Of a DNA stretch of 64,000 nt, positions 56,623 to 64,000 are shown in pieces (position 1 is the first letter of the stretch; the number at the start of each line of letters is the position of its first letter). The notes beneath the pieces are model-generated. The model saw nothing but the letters and a program-made list of their open reading frames with translations, ran no database searches and was not told the origin of the DNA. Source of the DNA: a virus; the IMG/VR virus record IMGVR_UViG_3300008262_006988; one strand, 5' to 3'. Made by a program: the position numbers and the translations under genes.

Positions 56623-57954
56623 TTAAACTGTTACTGTCCAATTTTTTGCAGTTGCTATAGCTGGATTATGTGTCGCTGTCCCGAAGTTTCCGGTTACAGT
56701 AATTACTTTTCCACCTGTAGGCTGCGCACTCAACCCGTAATAGAGGTTGTTTAATTCCGATCCTGATAAACTAGCATTGAGGAAACTTATAGAAGCATTT
56801 ATTCCGCTTAAACCTACAGTTTTTAAACTGTAGCAATTTTGATACATGTTTGTACAGTTTGTTGACGCCGACAAATTAATAGTACCGGTGCTTACAAGAG
56901 TATTGCAGTTATTAAACATTGCTTGAGTATTCGTACAAGCTGGGAGAGATAGGGTCGTTATTCCTGTTTTTCTTAAAGAAAAACAATCTTGAAATGCTTG
57001 TGTAGCGTTAGTTACTTTTGCAAGATTCCAACTTCCAATATTTAATTCTGTAATAGCATTGCATCCTACAAAGGCATTTGCAATTGTAGTTACATTTGAA
57101 GCGTTCCAGTTTGTTACATCAAGTTTAGCTAAAGCGTAGCAAGTAAACGCAAAAAACGACAAATCTGTTACGTTCGCCATATTCCAGTTAGAGCATTTGA
57201 TCTCCATCAAGCCGTAACATGCTCTAACAAAACCTGCAAACGTCGTAACGTTTGCTGTATTCCAGGTTGAAGCATCAATATACTGTAAAGAGAAACATTG
57301 AAAGAACATAAATGAAGCGTTCGTAATGTTTGTCATGTTCCATTCTGCTGAATTAATCTGTCTCAACGCAACACAACTATAAAATAAATTATTAAGACTA
57401 GTTATATTTCCCCATGAGGTAATATTTACTCTTTCGAGATAACCACATCTTAGGGAAGAGTTTCCTATAAAAAGCCTTTGTCCAGAAGCTAAATTTGGTA
57501 AATTTATCTCCATGTCTAACCAACCTGTGGAATATAAATTATTTGCAGGAATACTAACTCCTGTATATTTTTCTGACATCGAGCATTGTGAAAAAGATGC
57601 TCCTGCTGGTGGTGTTATTGTTACTATTGCTTGCCTATATCCACCAGATGTGATTGTAGCGGATGAAACATTATTCCAATCATAATTGTGATTAATAACA
57701 GTATTGTTTGCGGCAGATTCAACTATACCATCTCCCCAATCTATAGTGTAATTTGCACCATTGCTTGTTGAAAATTTTACTGCTGCGAAATTTGTTGGAG
57801 AATTAAAAACGGCATGAAGAGCTTTAACGGTTCCTGACGCGGCGGATGGTAATGCTAACCAGTCGTAAGGGCGAACCCATGCAGAAGATAACGATGCGGT
57901 ATCGGTTGTAAATAATGGTTTGCTACCAAGATAAGCTTTTATATATGTTGCCAT
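56623..57954 (-). CDS. BspA/DUF285-type leucine-rich-repeat receptor-binding protein
   Basis: YTIDWGDG PKD-like segment; repeats WNxxNVTxxxxMFxxCxSL; ends ATAKNWTVTV. Confidence 0.8.
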   Translation of the reverse strand: MATYIKAYLGSKPLFTTDTASLSSAWVRPYDWLALPSAASGTVKALHAVFNSPTNFAAVKFSTSNGANYTIDWGDGIVESAANNTVINHNYDWNNVSSATITSGGYRQAIVTITPPAGASFSQCSMSEKYTGVSIPANNLYSTGWLDMEINLPNLASGQRLFIGNSSLRCGYLERVNITSWGNITSLNNLFYSCVALRQINSAEWNMTNITNASFMFFQCFSLQYIDASTWNTANVTTFAGFVRACYGLMEIKCSNWNMANVTDLSFFAFTCYALAKLDVTNWNASNVTTIANAFVGCNAITELNIGSWNLAKVTNATQAFQDCFSLRKTGITTLSLPACTNTQAMFNNCNTLVSTGTINLSASTNCTNMYQNCYSLKTVGLSGINASISFLNASLSGSELNNLYYGLSAQPTGGKVITVTGNFGTATHNPAIATAKNWTVTV

Positions 57955-57955
57955 A

Positions 57956-58552
57956 TTATGTTGTTATAAAATAAAGTGTATTTGGATCCTTAATGCTTAT
58001 CGCATCATATTGTGTTTGAGTCAAGGCGCGAATAAAATACACCGGTGTAGTATCAGAAGTATTTGTTCTTATATAAGAGGCGCTATTCGATGAAAGTGTA
58101 GTATATGTACTTTGCCAATTAGCCGAGAGAGATTTTAAGTCTGTTCCTTGATAATTCCAGGTTGTTGCAGAATTAGAATTAACTGTAGTATATGTAGACT
58201 CCCAATTACCAGAAAGACTGGTTACGTCAGAACCTGACCCACCGCCACCTGTACCCCAGGTTGAGCTATTAGATTGAACCGTTGTGTATGTAGAATTCCA
58301 GTTAGCTGATACACTTAAGAAACTTAAATCAGAACTGCTCAAATATGCAGCTGAGTTAGCTACTAAATTAGTATAGGCATCACTACCACCGACCCAGCCG
58401 GCAGTAAGAACTTTAATATCAGTTCCTTGGTAATTCCAGTTTGTAGAACTATTAGTTTGAACAGTTGAAAATAAAGAATTAATTTTATCATCAGATGGAT
58501 AATTTGTAATTGTTACCGATAACGGAAATAAAAGTGATGAAAAATTACTCAT
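57956..58552 (-). CDS. Short SANW-repeat fibre/adaptor
   Basis: SANW repeats; C-terminal LTQTQYDAI..KDPNTLYFI. Confidence 0.7.
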   Translation of the reverse strand: MSNFSSLLFPLSVTITNYPSDDKINSLFSTVQTNSSTNWNYQGTDIKVLTAGWVGGSDAYTNLVANSAAYLSSSDLSFLSVSANWNSTYTTVQSNSSTWGTGGGGSGSDVTSLSGNWESTYTTVNSNSATTWNYQGTDLKSLSANWQSTYTTLSSNSASYIRTNTSDTTPVYFIRALTQTQYDAISIKDPNTLYFITT

Positions 58553-58553
58553 A

Positions 58554-58973
58554 TTAATCTATTCTCCACCCATTAACATTGCCAAAATAAGTTAAAGAAA
58601 AGCATAAACCATTTAAATCGCAATTCAACAGTTCATTAAGAGACTGAATTTTATCCATAATACTATTTATTGTAAAATTATTGTTTTTCCATGTTAGGTT
58701 AAAATCTTGAAATAGTATAGTATCACCTATTGAAGGAGAACTTGGTAAGGTTGCAGTCACAGTATTAGTTGACGTATCAATGACATATGAATATCCCTTT
58801 TCAGCGTTAAAGTTTGTATTTTTATAAATTTTTTCATTATCGATGCTCCAGACCCCGGAATTTGCATTAACAGTTGTATATGTTGCGTTATATCGACTAA
58901 AATCGGCAGTATAGCCTGATAATGTTAATATACCGCGAACATCAACAGCATTTTTAAGTGTTTCAATAGCCAT
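58554..58973 (-). CDS. Small fibre/baseplate-type protein
   Basis: YVIDTS...TATLPSSPSIGD.I.FQD...W..NN.TI...GWR domain typical of myovirus fibres. Confidence 0.65.
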   Translation of the reverse strand: MAIETLKNAVDVRGILTLSGYTADFSRYNATYTTVNANSGVWSIDNEKIYKNTNFNAEKGYSYVIDTSTNTVTATLPSSPSIGDTILFQDFNLTWKNNNFTINSIMDKIQSLNELLNCDLNGLCFSLTYFGNVNGWRID

Positions 58974-58975
58974 AA

Positions 58976-60514
58976 TTACTCAATGTCGTATAGTCTTATA
59001 TATTTATTCACGCCGTTAAGAGTAATCTGTATAAATGTGTTATCAGCAGTTATTGATGTAGCAATTGTTGTGTTGCCAGTGATATTAACAGTGTTTAAAC
59101 GCAAAGTATTTGCTTGTAAATTACTTGCTGTAATATTACCGGTAATTGTACCTCCTGTAAGTGGTAAGAAGTTATTGTAAACGTAACTACGTGTTGCATT
59201 CTCTGCACTCGTTGAATTTACATTGCTATATACACTTTCCCACCTGCTGGATGTACTATTTACATTACTATAAACACTATTCCAATTAGCTGAAGAGCTA
59301 TTAACGTTACTATAAACTGAATCTAATTTAGCGGCTGTATTAGTAAGTGAGTTATATGCAGCATTCCAGTTAGCTGATGTACTATTTACAGAGCTATATA
59401 CAGAATTCCAATTTGCAGAAGCACTATTGACGTTATTGTATACTGAGTCTAATTTTGCAGCAGTATTTGCAGAGGTACTGTTAACATTACTGTAAACTGA
59501 ATCAAGCTTTGCAGCGATATTAGCGGATGTACTGTTAACATTACTGTAAACGCTATTCCAATTAGCTGAAGCGCTATTAACGTTGCTGTATACAGAGTTC
59601 CAGCTAGCAGATGCACTATTAACATTACTGTAAACGCTATTCCAATTAGCAGAAGCGCTATTGACGTTATTGTATACAGAGTCTAATTTTGCAGATGTTG
59701 TTGCGAGTGAATTATATGCAGCATTCCAGTTAGCTGATGTACTATTTACAGAGCTATATACAGAATCTAATTTTGCAGCAGTATTTGCAGAGGTACTGTT
59801 GACATTGCTGTAAACTGAATTCCAATTAGCGCTATTTGAATATACTGCACTATTTGTTGAATCAAAACGCTGTAAAGTACCGCCTAATACCCCGGTAATA
59901 AGCTCTTGTCCACCAGACATTATTCTTCCTGATGTCCATATATCGCTTGATGCGCTTAACTCTCCTTTTACTGTAAAATCTTTATTAGGATTTGAAACCT
60001 TTACACCGACATTTGGGTAAATGGAGTTGTGTCCGCCAATATGAAGTATTTCTATATTTGAATCGACGTCATAAAAGGAAGCAATGTCACCTGCGCCTGT
60101 TTGACCAACCCAAAGTGCTTCACCGCCACCGGTATTAATAACGCTTAATGCACTTGTTGTTGAAAATACGGTATTTTTAAAAGTCTGAGTACCGGTACAG
60201 GAAAGATCCCCGTATATAGTCACGTTCTGATTGAAGAATACGTCGCCAGTAAGCCTACCACCGGAAAGCGGCAAGTAGTTGCTTTGTTTTGAATATGCAG
60301 ATTCCCAATTTGCAGAGCTGCTTTGCATTGAAGAGTATGTGCTCTGCCAATTTGCAGAATTACTCTGCATTGAGGAATAATTGCTTTGCCAGTTTCCAGA
60401 ATTTGAATTTACAGTTGTTAAAACTTTATCATATTTTGGTATAACAACATTAACTCCGGTGTGGGTCAATGACCCGTTAAATTGAACGTCATTTTTATAA
60501 ATTTCGAGTGCCAT
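58976..60514 (-). CDS. Fibre protein with long SANW repeat stalk
   Basis: More than a dozen SANWNSVYSNVNS-type units; head module shared with 726-6041; TATAAATA at 60524-60531. Confidence 0.75.
   Translation of the reverse strand: MALEIYKNDVQFNGSLTHTGVNVVIPKYDKVLTTVNSNSGNWQSNYSSMQSNSANWQSTYSSMQSSSANWESAYSKQSNYLPLSGGRLTGDVFFNQNVTIYGDLSCTGTQTFKNTVFSTTSALSVINTGGGEALWVGQTGAGDIASFYDVDSNIEILHIGGHNSIYPNVGVKVSNPNKDFTVKGELSASSDIWTSGRIMSGGQELITGVLGGTLQRFDSTNSAVYSNSANWNSVYSNVNSTSANTAAKLDSVYSSVNSTSANWNAAYNSLATTSAKLDSVYNNVNSASANWNSVYSNVNSASASWNSVYSNVNSASANWNSVYSNVNSTSANIAAKLDSVYSNVNSTSANTAAKLDSVYNNVNSASANWNSVYSSVNSTSANWNAAYNSLTNTAAKLDSVYSNVNSSSANWNSVYSNVNSTSSRWESVYSNVNSTSAENATRSYVYNNFLPLTGGTITGNITASNLQANTLRLNTVNITGNTTIATSITADNTFIQITLNGVNKYIRLYDIE
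59190..59860 (-). repeat. Coding tandem SANW/AAKLDSVY repeats
   Basis: Direct DNA repeats; parts identical to 3903-4049 in inverted orientation. Confidence 0.85.
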
Positions 60515-60560
60515 ATACACTAGTATTTATATTATTGATAATGAAATAATGTGTATTTTA

Positions 60561-62537
60561 TTAAAAATCCCACAAACGTAAAGCCCGATTTACACCATTT
60601 ATTGACATAACTAAAAATGTACCACTTGCAGTAACTGGTGTAGTAAATGTGCTTAATGTAGCGTGTGTTATTGATGCATTACGCAATTGAGTATTAGCGT
60701 TAAGATAAACATCCGCATTAAAATCCACTTGCCCTGTAAGTATGCCCCCTGCAAGAGGTAGATAGTTAACCTGATTTGTATATGCCAATTGCCAATTTGC
60801 AGAATTTGTCGCAACAGTGCTGTATGTTGATTCCCAGCGCGGTGATGCATTAACTGCACCCTGCCACCCTGCGCTTAAATTATAAACACTTGAATATGTA
60901 CTGTCATATCTAGTAACGTCAATAGGGGTACTCCATACAGCACTATATGTCCAGACAGTTGTATTTGTATCATTCCAAGCTGCACTACCTGCTGTTACCG
61001 CGCTCTGTACCTGTAAGTTTACAGCACTTTGTTGGCTAAAGAGGGTTGCTGTGGTATTCCATTTTGCGGAATTGCTATTAACGTTAGTATATGTATTTTC
61101 CCAATTACTAGTTAATGCTTTAAGATCTGTACCATTATAATCCCATGAAGCAGAGTTATTTCTTACAAAAGTTGATGTATAATCCCAGGTTCCTGAAAGT
61201 AAGTTTACTGTATTATGTGCAGCATTCCAATTAAGATAATTGTTATTGACAGTATTATAGGTATTTTGCCAGTTTCCTGTTAGAGCTCTTACACCGTAAT
61301 CAGCATTCCATGTTGCACTATTCGCTAATACCGTATTATATGTGTTTTCCCAATTGCTTGTTAATACTTTAACATCAGTGCCCGTATATCCCCAGCTGCT
61401 GGAATTAGTGCGCACCGCGCTGTAAACACTGCTCCAATTAGCGCTGGTGCTATTAACAGTTGTATATGTACTTTCCCACCTACCCGTAAGCACTTTAATA
61501 TCGGTTCCATTATATGACCAAAATGCTGAGTTTGTTTGTACAGTACTATATGTATCCTCCCAGTTGCCTGTAAGTGATATAAGAGCTGTATCGTTGGATG
61601 CCCATTGAGCAGAGTTGTTTTGTACAGTAGTCGATATATCAATCCATGTACTACTGTTGGTTCTTACATTAGTGTATGTATTCTGCCAGTTTCCTGTAAG
61701 CGCTCTTACCCCAAAATCTGTAGAATTATCAATAGCCCACTGTGCCGAGTTAGCATTTACAACAGTAAAGGTATTATTCCATGTTCCACTGTTATTATTA
61801 ACGTTGGTATATGTATTTTCCCAGTTACCAGTAAGTGATATAAGAGCTGTATCGTTGGATGCCCATTGAGCTGAATTAGCATTTACAATGGAAGAAGTAT
61901 CGGACCATGTTCCGCTGTTACTAATGACGTTGGTATATGTGTTCTCCCAGTTGCCTGTAAGTGATATAAGAGCTGTATCGTTGGATGCCCACTGTGCCGA
62001 GTTAGCATTTACAATAGATGAAGTATCGGACCATGCTCCGGAATTGGCATTTAATATAGCGGTACTATCATTCCATATATTATAATTGCTATTAAAAAGA
62101 AAAGAGGTATTATCCCATGTAGCAGATTCACTGCGCATTGTAGTCTCAGTGTCTGCCCATCCGCCGCTATTTAATGCAAAGAGACTCTCCACATCATTCC
62201 AACCCGCACTATTAGCGCGCATGATATTGTATGTGTTATCCCAATCTATAGTATTGAGGCCACCCCAGCCGGCACTAAGAGTTCTTACAGTCTGGTAAGT
62301 AGACTGAAAATTACCGCTGTTCGTGACGTACGATGTGGAGGCAGTGTTCCAGAGCCCGCTTGATCCATATATGAGCGTCTGTGTCGTATTGTATACGTTA
62401 TTAAGTAGGTCTAATACAGGTATTCTTAATTCAGATTTTACACCGGTATCTTCATAGCCGACGAAATAGCTAGAAAGAATTAAATTATTCTTGTTTTTAA
62501 GCGTGAAATCTGAAAATTTCTTTGTACTAAAAGCCAT
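60561..62537 (-). CDS. Fibre protein with W-periodic repeat stalk
   Basis: NSAQWASNDTALISLTGNWE x3 and related units; TATAAATA at 62543-62550. Confidence 0.75.
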   Translation of the reverse strand: MAFSTKKFSDFTLKNKNNLILSSYFVGYEDTGVKSELRIPVLDLLNNVYNTTQTLIYGSSGLWNTASTSYVTNSGNFQSTYQTVRTLSAGWGGLNTIDWDNTYNIMRANSAGWNDVESLFALNSGGWADTETTMRSESATWDNTSFLFNSNYNIWNDSTAILNANSGAWSDTSSIVNANSAQWASNDTALISLTGNWENTYTNVISNSGTWSDTSSIVNANSAQWASNDTALISLTGNWENTYTNVNNNSGTWNNTFTVVNANSAQWAIDNSTDFGVRALTGNWQNTYTNVRTNSSTWIDISTTVQNNSAQWASNDTALISLTGNWEDTYSTVQTNSAFWSYNGTDIKVLTGRWESTYTTVNSTSANWSSVYSAVRTNSSSWGYTGTDVKVLTSNWENTYNTVLANSATWNADYGVRALTGNWQNTYNTVNNNYLNWNAAHNTVNLLSGTWDYTSTFVRNNSASWDYNGTDLKALTSNWENTYTNVNSNSAKWNTTATLFSQQSAVNLQVQSAVTAGSAAWNDTNTTVWTYSAVWSTPIDVTRYDSTYSSVYNLSAGWQGAVNASPRWESTYSTVATNSANWQLAYTNQVNYLPLAGGILTGQVDFNADVYLNANTQLRNASITHATLSTFTTPVTASGTFLVMSINGVNRALRLWDF

Positions 62538-62545
62538 ACTATTAT

Positions 62546-64000
62546 TTATAGGGTGTACATTATATTTAAACCGTCCTCTGTTACTATATATTCACCTTCA
62601 AAAGTAATGTAAGGTACCGGCGGGTCAATGTGTCCCCAAACAAATGCGTTATCAGATTCGTCTATGCTTCCTGTTCTTGTACCAAGAGTAGCGTAATTGT
62701 CAAATTCTGTTAAAAATACAGGGTTCGCAAAATTTAAATTCAGCACATCCATTGTTGGCATGTACATTGTCTGTGTTTTTATGGCTACAGCGCCGTTTAT
62801 ATATGCAAATTCTATAACAAAAATATAAAACATACACGACACATCACGTCCGACGTATGTTAATTTGTATATATCAGTATCGCTATTATAAGTTAATACA
62901 GGTTTATCAATCTCAACAATATTAAGCTCAATACTCTTGTCAATTAATGAGAATCCGCGCAACATTTCAAAGGTAAGAGTCTCATCGCGTTCTTGCGGAT
63001 ATACCTGTGAAAATTCTTTAGTACCTATGTCGTGTATAAAGATTTTTGGGTAAATTATTTTGTAGTTTGATGCACTTAGTTCTGGTAAGATGCACATCTT
63101 ACAGACTAAAAGATTATTATTAATCTCATCAAACCATACTGTTGATAATTTTTCAAAATTAATATTAACACCTTTTGAAATGGCGTTCATGGTGCCGGTG
63201 TTACTGTATATCGTGTTACCGTCCGGTGATGGTACAACTGCATCAAAGACAGCATAATTTTCTGTCTCAATTAATATAGTATCATAGTAAATGTCGAAGT
63301 TAATTACTTTACTATATATTTCTTGCTGTATATCGTAGTTATACTTTACAAAAATCGCACTAAGAGCTGATGAAAGAGGTATTACTTCAGAGTCTGATGC
63401 ACGTCTAAAATACATATCACCGTATGCTTTAAACTCTGCGTCATATATAGTTTTATTTTCTGTTACATAAGAGGATGTAGTATCGACAACAGTTTCACGT
63501 AACGGAATATGGTAGTCGAGGAAGAAGGATGTCTCTGTGTAAAGCGTTGGTGCACTTTCCGCACCACAAGGTGCACCACTATTTGCAACAAAATAAAAAC
63601 TACCATCATAATCACCAATAGATGTAAAGGGTGGTGTGTATGTGAATTCACCTGGGTAAGCGAATGTAGCGCGGTATGTTGGTAAGTTTAAGTGATTGAC
63701 ACCACCATCAACAAGTTCTTGATAATAAAGACCAGCATCGTTAGGATCATAGGAAGGACTGTCTGATGGTACATCAGGTAACTGTGCATCATTTGATAGA
63801 GTAAACGTCTGACCATCTTTTACATTACAATCGTATTTTACGTCAATATAATCACTGCAAAAGCTCTCTGGTTGAAAGTCATACGAGGCTATTACGTAAT
63901 CTACACCGGATAACGGAAACATACCGTTTCCTGAAGGTGTGTTATTGAGTGTTGATGTTGAGGTCTTAAGAATAACACCTGAATAACCTTTTTCTTCATC
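62546..64000 (-). CDS. Large structural protein (5' end beyond the window)
   Basis: Frame stays open from 63922 to the window edge; acidic, aromatic-rich. Confidence 0.65.
   Translation of the reverse strand, partial: DEEKGYSGVILKTSTSTLNNTPSGNGMFPLSGVDYVIASYDFQPESFCSDYIDVKYDCNVKDGQTFTLSNDAQLPDVPSDSPSYDPNDAGLYYQELVDGGVNHLNLPTYRATFAYPGEFTYTPPFTSIGDYDGSFYFVANSGAPCGAESAPTLYTETSFFLDYHIPLRETVVDTTSSYVTENKTIYDAEFKAYGDMYFRRASDSEVIPLSSALSAIFVKYNYDIQQEIYSKVINFDIYYDTILIETENYAVFDAVVPSPDGNTIYSNTGTMNAISKGVNINFEKLSTVWFDEINNNLLVCKMCILPELSASNYKIIYPKIFIHDIGTKEFSQVYPQERDETLTFEMLRGFSLIDKSIELNIVEIDKPVLTYNSDTDIYKLTYVGRDVSCMFYIFVIEFAYINGAVAIKTQTMYMPTMDVLNLNFANPVFLTEFDNYATLGTRTGSIDESDNAFVWGHIDPPVPYITFEGEYIVTEDGLNIMYTL

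Noticed and set aside
59190-59860. CRISPR-like regularly spaced repeats (also 3820-4070, 4975-5580, 61500-62050)
   Set aside because: In-frame coding repeats with synonymous variation, no unique spacers and no cas operon.
726-62537. Diversity-generating retroelement acting on fibres
   Set aside because: No reverse transcriptase, and the shared segments do not show adenine-specific differences.
1-64000. Alternative genetic code (stop reassignment)
   Set aside because: Recognisable genes are full length in code 11, and TAA, TGA and TAG all end genes cleanly.

Overview
AT-rich, densely coding segment of a large tailed-phage genome. It is T4-like in regulation: TATAAATA/ATAAATA late-promoter boxes precede most structural genes. 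No capsid or terminase gene is in view. The hpt, HNH and esterase genes resemble Verrucomicrobia/PVC-type proteins from my recall, so the host call is an inference. Contents: (1) two large blocks of tail-fibre/baseplate-like genes built from shared Ser/Asn/Trp (SANW) repeat modules; (2) hsp20 enclosed by complementary 5' and 3' UTRs; (3) a stable-RNA island with tRNA-Pro, Gly and Ser, a tmRNA with a 33-codon tag, and about 440 nt of unassigned structured RNA carrying rrn-like boxA motifs; (4) lysis genes (muramidase, holin-like protein, probable u-spanin); (5) nucleotide metabolism (hpt, thyX, dCMP deaminase); (6) a large glycan-building toolkit, including five tandem GT29 sialyltransferase-like genes, GT32-, GT8-, GT10- and GT61-like genes, an amidotransferase, a carbamoyltransferase, an NDP-rhamnose epimerase/reductase, SGNH proteins and three radical SAM enzymes. 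All family calls come from motif recognition by eye, not from database searches.
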